A stretch of DNA of 64,000 bases. It comes from Parcubacteria group bacterium. GTDB taxonomy: Bacteria > Patescibacteriota > Minisyncoccia > Moranbacterales > UBA2206. The position numbers and the translations under genes were made by a program. Location: the NCBI GenBank assembly GCA_041674205.1, contig JBAYWF010000001.1:149003-213002 (forward strand). Direction: 5' to 3'. Positions 27,537-36,772 of this stretch are shown piece after piece (position 1 is the first letter of the stretch; the number at the start of each line of letters is the position of its first letter). Below the pieces are notes generated by a model. The model did no database searches. It was not told where the DNA came from and worked only from the letters and a program-made list of their open reading frames with translations.

Positions 27537-27914
27537 ATGGTGTTTATGGAGATTGTCTATCGGAAACCGCAAAGCGGGAAGAAAAGATCGGGAAAAAAAC
27601 GTGGTCCGGTAACGAAGTGGGGAGTTAATCCTTGCCTCCTGTGCCAGATAAAACTGACGCAGGAGGAGGAGCGTACAAGGATAACGGCGCATCCTTATTG
27701 CGCCCTCCTGAGATGTAAGGAAGTTTTTGAAGCGCATGGGATGAGGATCCCGTCGCAGAGAAACGCGGACGCTTTCCTGAAATATGTTCTTTTTCAAATC
27801 GATATTTCGGAAGAAACCGAAGAGATATTGGAGGCGGCCTTTTTCTTCTTGAGCGCTGCGCGTCCGTTTTTCGCCTTCAACCGTCTTCGCCGAGAAGCGG
27901 AGGCGTTCGGATAG
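27537..27914 (+). CDS. hypothetical small basic protein with Cys/His cluster
   Basis: AGGAGG RBS 4 nt upstream of the ATG at 27537. A hairpin plus T-tract terminator lies at 27927-27972. Residues CLLC...HPYC...C suggest a possible Zn site. It sits in an otherwise ORF-poor 690-nt gap. Confidence 0.4.
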   Translation: MVFMEIVYRKPQSGKKRSGKKRGPVTKWGVNPCLLCQIKLTQEEERTRITAHPYCALLRCKEVFEAHGMRIPSQRNADAFLKYVLFQIDISEETEEILEAAFFFLSAARPFFAFNRLRREAEAFG

Positions 27915-27968
27915 GGTTATATCCGCGCCGAGTCTGTCCATTCAACCGCAATGGACAGGCTCGCTTTT

Positions 27969-30560
27969 TTATGGCGCGTAAGTAGTGTTTTTTTCAAAAA
28001 CCAGATATCTCACGTCGGCGTCTTTTTGTGATTTGTCCTGGAAGTAGCGGGTGGCGACGTATTTGTTTTCCAAGTTTTGGTTGCCGATGATTTTTCCGCC
28101 AGAATCTTTTTCGGGAAGCAGTTTTTTCAGCGCTTCCTGGAATCCGAAGAAGTCTTTTTGCACATCGAAACGCAGGACAATCGTTTCGTCGCCGATCAGC
28201 GCGTCGAGATTTCCATAGTCTTGCGCCATCGCCGCAAGCTCCGGATAACTTCTGGCGTCTTCTTTTTCTTTGCCTTCATCGCGGAAAGAATAATCCTTGT
28301 TGGCTTTTTGATCAAGCGTTATGTTGATGACCGGTTCGCCGGTTCCTTGCAAATCCGGCACGATTCCGTCGATGACGAACCCGTATTTTTCCACATAAGC
28401 CGTTCCGACCGCGATGCGCGGGGAAGTGGTGGCGCGGATGACGTTCTTTTTCGCTTTGTCTTGGATGATTTTTTCAAGCATTTCAGTCCCGATTTTGAGA
28501 CCGTGCAGATCCTTGGAAACCCCGAAGGAACTGGCGAAAAGTTCGTTCTCGCCGAGCCGCGCGAATTTCATAAACGCGATCAATTCGCCTTGGTATTTGA
28601 GCGCGTAGCATTCGAACCGTTCCGGATTTTCCAACAGATCCGCTTCCAGTTTTTCTCCGGCATAAACGCCGGCGAGGGCGGGGACTTGCCCGAGCCAATT
28701 TTCCCGCGTCATCGCGACCGCTTTGCGCGCGTCCTCCTCGTCCAACCCCTCTCCGAACCCCGAAACCTCCAAATCCAAATCCCGGATCATCTCAAAATCG
28801 ATTTCCTGTCCGGATTGTTTGAGGGATTTGAGGAAAGAAGAAAGCAGAATTATTTCCGTCCGTTTTGATTTGAGCTTTTCAATCAGTTCCGCTATGTCGT
28901 TTTCGCTCGCACCGCTCCGGATGTTTTCCGAAAATTCAATGATTATGGTGCGGGCTTCTTCGAGTAGTTGCAACTTTAGCAGATGCCCCATATCGGAATC
29001 AACGTCTTTCGTGATGATTTTTTCCAGAGATCCAGCTTCTTTTTCAGATAGATCGATTATCTGGGAAACTCTTTCAAAAATTTCGGCGGCCTTATCGGGA
29101 GAAATTTTTTCTCCTATGTTCAAAATTTTCCGGCTGTCTTGCAAATCGAATTCACAGATTAAAAATGCTTTCAATCCGTCCAGCTTATAATTTTCCGCGA
29201 ATGAATATAACCTATCTAGCTCGCCGGAAAAACCCAAGTCATACGCGGCAGCGGCCAACCATTGTTGTTCATGCCAAGTGATATTATGTATGCCTGTTCC
29301 GGTTTTTGCCGCAAAATCTCGGGAAATTTTTTGGATAAAGTCATAATTCGTAATAGATCTCAATCTTTTCGCATAATCTTCCGGGCTTTCTTCTTTTCTT
29401 TGCGGATTTTCTTGTGTGATGTCCCATGGCGCAGTCCGGGATAATGTTTCGTCCCTGTCTAATAGCATATAGGCAGTTACCCTGAAGTTGTCCGGCATTT
29501 TTTTCTCCGCCATAATCTTTTGCCTTCTTTGCGTTTTTTCTTCATCGTCCAAAAGGTCGATGACATATTTCACTTCCTTGTAGTTTCCATTATTGGCTAT
29601 GATTCCCGCTTTGCCTTTTTCCAATATAACTATCGTTATGTTTTCCGCAGGTATTCCTTTAAGAAGTGGCAATCCCAGCGCCTTTTTGCCGATAGGATAG
29701 CGCACGCCTTCAAGCCGGACATCGTAATCTATTTCGGACAAGTAAATTTCTTTCCTTTGGACTTCACTGCCTTTTTTCGTCGTCGCCAAATTGAAATCTT
29801 CAAGCTGGACAAGTCCGCTAGCCAGAAGGTTTTTGCATTGGGATGCGAGCGTTTTGTGCGGATTCTGGCTGAAAGACTCTTTGCCTTCGCCAAGATTGCC
29901 GATGAGTTTCTTTGTCCGTTGGGCAGTTAACTTTACAAAACTATTTTTTTCTTCGTCAAAGATCATTAGATTCCCATTTTCATCCCTATATCCTTGATGG
30001 GTTCTGAGTATTTCAGTCGCCAGGGCCATTTCTTTTGCTCCGATTTCTTCACCGTTTTTCGTTTTGATTTTGTAATCCCACTTGCCTTTAATACTTGTTT
30101 TGCCGGGAGCATCATATTGATTCCAATAATTCAAATAATATTTTTTGTCTTTTACAGAATCAATATCGAAAGCCTCTTCCTTGTTTGCAGGAATATTAAA
30201 CAAGGGGATTGCTTCCGGAATAGGAAGATTGTTTTGTATGGCGTTATCAAAGTCTTTTTTTGATACGATAGGAAATTCTCCCAATTGTTCAAAAAACAAT
30301 TGATAAACATTAGAGCATTTATTTTTTTCCAACGAAATCCCTTTTTCCGCATAACTATTTTTGGAAACAAGGAGGGCGGAAAATTTTTCCAAATCCAAAA
30401 TAGGAATCCCTTCATGGAATTCCATTATCCCATTTTCTTGCAGGATTTCCAGAACCTTCTCCTTTGTCTCCTCACGCTCCTGATTTTTTTCCGGGGTAAG
30501 TATTTTCGGATCGGAAGTCCCGGGATTTGGCATAAAAGGCTCGCGCATCATATATTTCAT
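27969..30560 (-). CDS. large (863 aa) cytoplasmic hypothetical protein with C-terminal GNAT-like acetyltransferase domain
   Basis: No TM or signal. Residues about 640-740 show a GNAT-like core (YALKYQGELIAFMKF..., VSKDLHGLKIGTEMLEKII = motif A-like R/QxxGxG/A, then YVEKYGFV). The N-terminal 600 aa are unassigned. Confidence 0.55.
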   Translation of the reverse strand: MKYMMREPFMPNPGTSDPKILTPEKNQEREETKEKVLEILQENGIMEFHEGIPILDLEKFSALLVSKNSYAEKGISLEKNKCSNVYQLFFEQLGEFPIVSKKDFDNAIQNNLPIPEAIPLFNIPANKEEAFDIDSVKDKKYYLNYWNQYDAPGKTSIKGKWDYKIKTKNGEEIGAKEMALATEILRTHQGYRDENGNLMIFDEEKNSFVKLTAQRTKKLIGNLGEGKESFSQNPHKTLASQCKNLLASGLVQLEDFNLATTKKGSEVQRKEIYLSEIDYDVRLEGVRYPIGKKALGLPLLKGIPAENITIVILEKGKAGIIANNGNYKEVKYVIDLLDDEEKTQRRQKIMAEKKMPDNFRVTAYMLLDRDETLSRTAPWDITQENPQRKEESPEDYAKRLRSITNYDFIQKISRDFAAKTGTGIHNITWHEQQWLAAAAYDLGFSGELDRLYSFAENYKLDGLKAFLICEFDLQDSRKILNIGEKISPDKAAEIFERVSQIIDLSEKEAGSLEKIITKDVDSDMGHLLKLQLLEEARTIIIEFSENIRSGASENDIAELIEKLKSKRTEIILLSSFLKSLKQSGQEIDFEMIRDLDLEVSGFGEGLDEEDARKAVAMTRENWLGQVPALAGVYAGEKLEADLLENPERFECYALKYQGELIAFMKFARLGENELFASSFGVSKDLHGLKIGTEMLEKIIQDKAKKNVIRATTSPRIAVGTAYVEKYGFVIDGIVPDLQGTGEPVINITLDQKANKDYSFRDEGKEKEDARSYPELAAMAQDYGNLDALIGDETIVLRFDVQKDFFGFQEALKKLLPEKDSGGKIIGNQNLENKYVATRYFQDKSQKDADVRYLVFEKNTTYAP

Positions 30561-30815
30561 TTGGAAAATTATGCTCTCATTCTACCATCTTCATAGCAAA
30601 AAAACCAACAAAATCCGCAGAACATCCAATGAGGGATCTGAATGATCCTCAAGAGAGAGATTTGAAAAATCGCCCAAAATCCCTCTTTGCTCCGCGAAAT
30701 TCTATCGGTTTTTTGCAAGTTTATTTGTAAAAATAGCTACTATGAAATTTCAATATATTAAAATATCAATAATAGAGCGAACCCGTGAAATTACAACGAG
30801 TTCGCTTATGGATTG

Positions 30816-31319
30816 TCACCACTCAAGAATAAATTTTGATGGTGCCAACTTTTCGTCCGCCAGGGAGTTTTTGATTAGGAATTCTTTTTTTCCGTCATGA
30901 GACCGGATCGTATAAAGTCCCAACCAAACCAACTCAAAAACTTCCTGGTGTTGGTTTTCTGGAACCACCTCCTTCAGTTTGTTTTTGAAAACACTTTCAG
31001 TAATGCCGAGACAGGGTATCATGGGATCGATACTATCAGTCTCTTCGAGGGCTTTTTTATAAAAACTCTCGAAAAGTTGCAGATCTGCCCACTCATAGTT
31101 TGTCTCCGCTGGAGTGTCAGCGTCAAAAGGCTCAAATACTCCGAGGGCTTGCACTACCTCTTTTCTGCCACAAAATTTCCTTCTTCTCTTAAAATATAAA
31201 TACCAAGAAGAAGGATTTTCCGGAGCCTGCTCAAGCCTTGCTGAAACAAATGCCCTTCGTTTTGGCATATTATTAAATGCCTTGACTGCTTCAAGAATAG
31301 CCTCTTCATAGTTTTTCAT
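30816..31319 (-). CDS. hypothetical protein (cassette gene 3)
   Basis: 167 aa, with an AGGAGG RBS on the minus strand (ccctccttg on +). Confidence 0.45.
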   Translation of the reverse strand: MKNYEEAILEAVKAFNNMPKRRAFVSARLEQAPENPSSWYLYFKRRRKFCGRKEVVQALGVFEPFDADTPAETNYEWADLQLFESFYKKALEETDSIDPMIPCLGITESVFKNKLKEVVPENQHQEVFELVWLGLYTIRSHDGKKEFLIKNSLADEKLAPSKFILEW

Positions 31320-31350
31320 GGCTGCACCCTCCTTGTTCTTGTTTTTAAGA

Positions 31351-31426
31351 GTACTTCTGAAAATTTATATTTCAATAATATAAACTTTATTGAAGGGGCA
31401 AGCGGTCGGATGACGCGCTTGCCCAT
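31351..31426. repeat. 76-nt intergenic repeat, copy 2: terminator hairpin (gggcaagcg/cgcttgccc) plus AT-rich inverted repeat (ttcaataa/ttattgaa), continuing into a conserved RBS region
   Basis: About 89% identical to 31861-31936. The stem is conserved while the loop differs. Confidence 0.6.
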
Positions 31427-31428
31427 AG

Positions 31429-31836
31429 CTAGATGATTTCACTAACTATATCAACATGTTCAAAATCATACTCCCAAGTTAATCTGCAGTCATTGCATAC
31501 ACAGCTCATTTTTCTAAAAGTGGACTGTATTTTTTTGAGCAGTTTTTTTCCGATTTTACTTTGTGCGTCGATAAAGACACCTGCCTTGGCTTCAACTTCT
31601 ATCTCGTGATATATGTGAGATATAGTCAATCCGCTCATTAGTGTGCATTCCTCCGGATCATCGCTGATCTTACAACTCTCTCTGCACACTCTGCAGGTGA
31701 GGGTGGGGTCATCAAAGACACGCTCTTCGATGCAAATTGGCACCGAGTAGAGGGTTTTCCCAACTTTGATTCCCACCACCCTGTTTATGGAGTGATATTG
31801 CTCTGTTATAATAGGGGATATCTCTGTTTTATTCAT
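31429..31836 (-). CDS. hypothetical Cys-rich small protein (cassette gene 2), possible zinc-finger/ribbon
   Basis: 135 aa with CRVCRESC and CVCNDC pairs. AGGAGG RBS on the minus strand. Confidence 0.45.
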   Translation of the reverse strand: MNKTEISPIITEQYHSINRVVGIKVGKTLYSVPICIEERVFDDPTLTCRVCRESCKISDDPEECTLMSGLTISHIYHEIEVEAKAGVFIDAQSKIGKKLLKKIQSTFRKMSCVCNDCRLTWEYDFEHVDIVSEII

Positions 31837-31860
31837 GGTTCCTCCTAGGTTTTTTTGAAG

Positions 31861-31936
31861 GTACTTCTAAGAGTTTATATTTCAATAATATAAACTTTAT
31901 TGAAGGGGCAAGCGATCAAATGACACGCTTGCCCAT
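31861..31936. repeat. 76-nt intergenic repeat, copy 1
   Basis: Repeat of 31351-31426. A third, diverged copy (AT-rich tttcaata motif plus agcgaac/gttcgct hairpin) lies at about 30740-30806. Confidence 0.6.
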
Positions 31937-31941
31937 ACCCT

Positions 31942-32577
31942 CTAGCCTAGTGACCAGTAAGACAAGAAGTCCTTATCGGCTGTGGCATCAGCATACCAAG
32001 CCGATAGTTCCGGAATGGTGACTTTTTTCTCGTCATACTCTTCAGACGAGAAAAAAACATACCAAGGAAAAAGATATTGTTCGTCCTCTTTGATGGAGGA
32101 TAAACAACGTCTACGCTCTTTGTTAAGCGGGGTCAACCTATGATAGGGAATTTTTTCAATTATTCCCTCATATGCTGAAGGCATCTCAATTCCACTTTCA
32201 TGCGCGCCAATTACAATCATCGCGTAGCAATCAAGTATAAAAAATGCCATTGACACCAGTAATTGGTTTTTTTGTTCGAGACTTTTAACCATCTCGACCA
32301 CGATTTTTGCGTTTTCATCATCGCGGTCAAAATTGCATCCCAGTTCGTTTCCACTAAGATCGAATGTCACGCCTGATCCTAAAACCTCAACTGCCATTTC
32401 GACTCCGCGAATAATTCGCGGGGTGATTTTTGCGGGCATTATTGAAGATACCTCATTAAATCTGGCTTCGTCGCACGCCCCTATAATGTGTTCAAAACCT
32501 ATTGAACACAAAAAGGATTCTTGTTTGGACATTTTGTTTAAAAATGACACCAACCGTTTGATTCTTCTCTTATTCAT
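31942..32577 (-). CDS. hypothetical protein (cassette gene 1)
   Basis: 211-aa ORF. I recognise no family. Confidence 0.45.
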   Translation of the reverse strand: MNKRRIKRLVSFLNKMSKQESFLCSIGFEHIIGACDEARFNEVSSIMPAKITPRIIRGVEMAVEVLGSGVTFDLSGNELGCNFDRDDENAKIVVEMVKSLEQKNQLLVSMAFFILDCYAMIVIGAHESGIEMPSAYEGIIEKIPYHRLTPLNKERRRCLSSIKEDEQYLFPWYVFFSSEEYDEKKVTIPELSAWYADATADKDFLSYWSLG

Positions 32578-32799
32578 GGTTTTCTCCTGTCAGGGATTGA
32601 TTTTAAAAGAACTTTTGTCAAGTCTGCCCGCCTTGGGAGGAATCTATCTTTTTTGCTCTCTCATCTTGACTTGGCAGTATAGCATAATGGGAGCGGAATG
32701 TCAATAACAAAAAGCACAAAAATGGCTAATTTGTCATAATTTTGCTAACAAAAAGAAATAATTTGGCTTGGTTTCGTTTGCAAAGTGTCATATCCAAAA

Positions 32800-32829
32800 T
32801 TGACACAATCTTCAAAATCTGCTAAAATA
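32800..32829 (+). promoter_or_regulatory. sigma-70-like promoter (TTGACA-18-TAAAAT) for the TrmB-family regulator gene
   Basis: TTGACA at 32800-32805 and TAAAAT at 32824-32829. Confidence 0.4.
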
Positions 32830-32861
32830 ACAGCAGGATTAACTTTGTAAAGACAGCGGAT

Positions 32862-33617
32862 ATGGAAAATAGCATATTTTTAGCAGCCGGATTGACCCAG
32901 GCGCAAGGGGAAGTGCTGGACTTCCTGTTGGAAAACGGGGAGTGCCGGGCCAGTTTCATCACCCGCCGGATCAACCGTCCCCGGGGCGTGGTCTATAAAG
33001 TGCTGGATGATTTGGAAAAGATGGGGCTGGCGAAGCGCAAGGATCTGGCGGACAGCGTGGGCGTCTATGTTTCCGAACATCCGGCGAAAATCGAGGAATT
33101 GTTCGAACGGAAAGCGCGGGAATTGGAGCGGCAGAGGCGGATTTTTTCCCAGGTGTTGCCGGATTTGGTTTCTTCCTACAACCTGTCCAGCGACAAACCG
33201 GACATCAGGTTTCTGGAAGGCAATGAGGGGATCAGGACCGTAATCGAGGATACCCTCAAAAGCCAGGGGGAGATCCGCACGTTCATCGATATGGAGGCGC
33301 TCGAATCGGATCCGGAACTGGTGGAGATAAACCGGGAATATGTCAAAAAAAGGGTGAAGACCAACACCCGGAAAAAGATGATCGTCCCGGAATCGGACCG
33401 GAAATATTTCAAGGATTACGACACCTCTATGACCGAAGTGCGGTTTTTGAAAGGGGACGCCTATCCGTTCAAGTCCGGTATGCAGATATATGGCAACAAG
33501 GTGTCTTTCCAAACCATCGACAAGGGCAAGCGGATCGCGGTCATCATCGAAGACAAAAATATCTGCGAAATGCACAAATTGCTTTTCGAATATATCTGGA
33601 AAACGCTGGAAACGTAG
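32862..33617 (+). CDS. TrmB-family (sugar-responsive) transcriptional regulator
   Basis: N-terminal winged-HTH LTQAQGEVLDFLLENGECRASFITRRINRPRGVVYKVLDDLEKMGLAKR, typical of TrmB, plus a C-terminal effector domain. Confidence 0.75.
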   Translation: MENSIFLAAGLTQAQGEVLDFLLENGECRASFITRRINRPRGVVYKVLDDLEKMGLAKRKDLADSVGVYVSEHPAKIEELFERKARELERQRRIFSQVLPDLVSSYNLSSDKPDIRFLEGNEGIRTVIEDTLKSQGEIRTFIDMEALESDPELVEINREYVKKRVKTNTRKKMIVPESDRKYFKDYDTSMTEVRFLKGDAYPFKSGMQIYGNKVSFQTIDKGKRIAVIIEDKNICEMHKLLFEYIWKTLET

Positions 33618-33688
33618 TTTTTGTCCGGCTGTTGACTTTTTCTGGAAGGTGTGTTATAAAAAACAATTAAATATTAAATATCAGAAAA

Positions 33689-34687
33689 ATGAATAACGTT
33701 AATAAATTAAAGGTAGCCTACCTATTGGCAGTGCTTGTGCTTTCAACCGATTTGATCCTGTATCTTGTAAACAATGAAGAAGGATTGGGTATCTTTGATT
33801 TCGTAATGCCATTGTTCGTATTTTTCTTTGTTTCAATTTTCCTATCATTTTTTTATGCCCTGGGATTTGAAGGCATAAAAAGGAGCTCCATTGTTTCTAA
33901 ATCTATCGGAATTAGTTTTATTGTCTGGATCATTACGCTTAGTGCGCCCAGATTGTTATTTCAAATATTGGGAGTCGATACTGACAAAACAATCCTTATT
34001 TGGGATTATATGATTCAATTGGGCGTAGGATTGTTCCTGATTAAGCGTTTTAGATTGGTGAAATCATCGGTCATCCTGGCTATTTTGTTCCCGCCGTTGT
34101 CCAATTTGTATTTCTTATTATATGGGTTGTATAAGGATAACTTAGGATACGGAGGTGCAAAAAAAGATGTTATTAAGGAAAATTCACCAGGGCTTGAATC
34201 GACAGAGGAAATTGAAAATAAGGATAACGGCAAATACAAAGGATTGTGGGGGTGGGTAATTATGATTTTGTGGTCGTTGATTTTTGTAATAACCATGAAT
34301 GCATATGGTTTTTTAAAAGGGGTCCGCACCTTTGAAACTATTGGTTATTCCGAAGCATATCTATTCGTATTAAATGGGGGCTATGATATGTTTTTAGTAT
34401 TTTTTGTCGTATTAAAGACATTGGCTTTGTTTGTATTCGCGATTATGTTCATATATTCAGCGTGGCTTTTTTTTAGGGGAAAACGGGATTTTGTAGCATT
34501 TGTTTCCAGAATTTTAATGATAGAGTTGTTATTCCTGGTTGCAGTATCTGTCTATGGATGGTTCCATCATAATGATTCGGCATATTTGGGTAATGGCGCA
34601 GATTATATCTGGTTTTTAGCGGTATTTTTGATATGGAAGATTTTTGTGTCAAAATCTAAACGAGCTAAAGCAATTTTTATAAATTGA
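33689..34687 (+). CDS. hypothetical polytopic membrane protein
   Basis: 332 aa with about 9 TM helices. No motif I recognise. Confidence 0.45.
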   Translation: MNNVNKLKVAYLLAVLVLSTDLILYLVNNEEGLGIFDFVMPLFVFFFVSIFLSFFYALGFEGIKRSSIVSKSIGISFIVWIITLSAPRLLFQILGVDTDKTILIWDYMIQLGVGLFLIKRFRLVKSSVILAILFPPLSNLYFLLYGLYKDNLGYGGAKKDVIKENSPGLESTEEIENKDNGKYKGLWGWVIMILWSLIFVITMNAYGFLKGVRTFETIGYSEAYLFVLNGGYDMFLVFFVVLKTLALFVFAIMFIYSAWLFFRGKRDFVAFVSRILMIELLFLVAVSVYGWFHHNDSAYLGNGADYIWFLAVFLIWKIFVSKSKRAKAIFIN

Positions 34688-34752
34688 CGCTTTTCTTCAC
34701 AAAATTTAGAATCTATATTATAATGGTATCTCGATAGTAATCATATTTTTTT

Positions 34753-36204
34753 ATGGCCAACGATAACGTAGCGGTCAGATTCAATAAAGTGTCCTTTGAT
34801 TTCGGACGCGACAAGCCTATTTTGGACGAGGCGTCTTTCGCTTTGCGCCGCGGCTCCAAAATCACTTTGATGGGCCAGAACGGGGCCGGCAAGAGCACGA
34901 TTCTCAATATGATCACCGGGGAATTGAAAGCGCACGACGGTTCCATCTATGTCGATCCGGACCTGAAGATCGCCTATGCCAAGCAAGTCATTCCGAGGCA
35001 ACAGTTGACGCTGACTATGCGGGAATTTTTCGCGGCTTGTTTTTCCGGGAAAGATTATGAACTTGACCGGCGGATCGAAGAGGTTTTGGAGGTGGTCAAT
35101 TTGAAGGCGCCGTCCGACCGGCTGATCAAGGACTTTTCCGGCGGGCAACAGGCGCGCTTGCTTTTGGCTTCCGCTTTGATCCAGAATCCGGACATTTTGA
35201 TTTTGGACGAGCCGACCAACAACTTGGACCGGGCTGGCATCGAACACCTGACCCAATTTTTGATAATGTATGACAAGACTTGCATCGTCATTTCCCATGA
35301 CGCGGACTTTTTGAATATGTTCACCGACGGCGTGCTGTATCTGGATGTTTTCACGAAAAAAATCGACCAATATATCGGCGACTACTATGTGGTGGTGGCG
35401 GAAATCGCGGCCCGCATTGAAAAGGAAGAGCGCAAGAACGCGCAATATGAAAAAGAAATCATCGCCAACAAGGAAAAAGCTAATTTTTTCGCCAACAAGG
35501 GCGGCGGTATGCGTTTGGTAGCCAAGAAAATGCGTGAAAAAGCGGCGGCGATGGAGGAAGCCAAAGTGGACGTGCGGCGGGAAGACAAAGCGATCCGGGA
35601 ATTTGAGATTCCGGTCCAAGAGGGATTGGGCGGGGAAATTTTGAACATCTCGTCTTTTACGATTATGCAGGAGCATAAACTGGTGGAGAAAAAAGCTAAC
35701 ATTTCCTTGAAGAAAAAGAACCACCTTTTGATTTCCGGACCCAACGGCATCGGCAAAAGCACTTTGATCGAGGCGATGGCGCGAGGCAAGGCCAAGGGAG
35801 CGCAAATCACCGAGGGTGTGCGGGTGGGCTATTACCGCCAAGATTTTTCGACTTTGAATTTCGAGCACACCGTGCGCGAATCGTTGTTTTCCGTTATGCG
35901 CAGTGAAGATGAAGAGCGTATGCGCAGCGTAGCCTCCGGATTTTTGCTGACCAAAGAAGTCATCAATTCCAAAATCGGCACTCTGTCGGAAGGTCAAAAA
36001 GGTTTGGTGGCTTTCGCGCAGCTGGTGCTTTTGGAACCGGGGCTTCTGATTCTGGACGAGCCGACCAACCACATCAATTTCCGCCACTTGCCGATCATCG
36101 CCAAAGCCTTGGATCAGTTCGAAGGCGCGATGATTTTGGTGAGCCATGTGCCGGAATTCGTGGAACAGATCCGGATCGACGAAACGCTGGATTTGGAGAA
36201 ATAG
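34753..36204 (+). CDS. ABC-F family ATPase (tandem ABC domains, no TMD; EttA/Uup/YheS-like)
   Basis: Two Walker A sites (GQNGAGKST, GPNGIGKST), two ABC signature motifs (LSGGQQ, LSEGQK) and a linker between the domains. Confidence 0.9.
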   Translation: MANDNVAVRFNKVSFDFGRDKPILDEASFALRRGSKITLMGQNGAGKSTILNMITGELKAHDGSIYVDPDLKIAYAKQVIPRQQLTLTMREFFAACFSGKDYELDRRIEEVLEVVNLKAPSDRLIKDFSGGQQARLLLASALIQNPDILILDEPTNNLDRAGIEHLTQFLIMYDKTCIVISHDADFLNMFTDGVLYLDVFTKKIDQYIGDYYVVVAEIAARIEKEERKNAQYEKEIIANKEKANFFANKGGGMRLVAKKMREKAAAMEEAKVDVRREDKAIREFEIPVQEGLGGEILNISSFTIMQEHKLVEKKANISLKKKNHLLISGPNGIGKSTLIEAMARGKAKGAQITEGVRVGYYRQDFSTLNFEHTVRESLFSVMRSEDEERMRSVASGFLLTKEVINSKIGTLSEGQKGLVAFAQLVLLEPGLLILDEPTNHINFRHLPIIAKALDQFEGAMILVSHVPEFVEQIRIDETLDLEK

Positions 36205-36294
36205 CCTTTTGGAAGCCGATGTGATTTTCAATATGCCGGGCGCAGTTTTTTTATTTTTTAATATTATGCCGTTAACTTTCCATAAGGGGGAAAT

Positions 36295-36570
36295 ATGAGG
36301 AAAAAATTAGAGCTGTTTCTTTGGGCGGTAATCTGGCTCTCGCTAGGGGGCATACTGGAAAAGATGGGGAATGGGCCGAGAGTGATCCCGTTCCAAATCA
36401 GTCCGAATTCGGTTTGCTTCATTCCATCGGATGCGGAAGTGGTCGAAGTGGAACATTCCCTGGACGGTTGCTACTATTATAGCGACGGAAAGCGGTATTT
36501 TTCCGCTGGTTATGGCGATGCGGAAACATCCGGTCGCGGCAAAGGGTTCGATATCGCGCTAAGGAGGTGA
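36295..36570 (+). CDS. hypothetical small secreted protein
   Basis: RBS GGGGGAAATATG and an N-terminal signal-like hydrophobic segment. Confidence 0.35.
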   Translation: MRKKLELFLWAVIWLSLGGILEKMGNGPRVIPFQISPNSVCFIPSDAEVVEVEHSLDGCYYYSDGKRYFSAGYGDAETSGRGKGFDIALRR

Positions 36571-36598
36571 ATGAAGCGGTATCGCAGCGGCAATTTTG

Positions 36599-36635
36599 GG
36601 CCTATGGATTTGATCCCGAATCCATAGGCTTTTTC
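36599..36635 (+). terminator. rho-independent terminator
   Basis: cctatggatt-tgatcccga-atccatagg followed by cttttt. Confidence 0.55.
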
Positions 36636-36652
36636 TATATATACCTCTGCCC

Positions 36653-36682
36653 CTTTACAAAAAGCAAGGGGTATGCTATACT
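36653..36682 (+). promoter_or_regulatory. sigma-70-like promoter (TTTACA-17-TATACT) of the cold-shock gene, giving a ~90-nt 5'UTR
   Basis: Sequence ctttacaaaaagcaaggggtatgctatactgg. Confidence 0.5.
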
Positions 36683-36772
36683 GGTTTTAATCACAGTAGC
36701 GTGCAGCAGTAGCGTAGTCGAACTTTCTTTGCATTGCGGTATGTGTATTTAATCAATTTGTACTATATCAAA

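Noticed and set aside
31351-31936. Interpreting the 76-nt intergenic repeats as integron attC recombination sites
   Set aside because: No RYYYAAC / GTTRRRY core sites at the ends, no extrahelical-base pattern recognisable, and no intI-like integrase gene in the window. The repeats look like terminator-promoter-RBS units instead. The cassette-like modularity is retained as a finding without the integron label.
34741-36231. 496-aa ORF on the minus strand fully overlapping the ABC-F gene
   Set aside because: It is antisense to a gene with unmistakable Walker/ABC signature motifs. Its product is low-complexity (R/H/F/Q-rich) with no motif. This is a classic shadow ORF of a GC-rich coding region.
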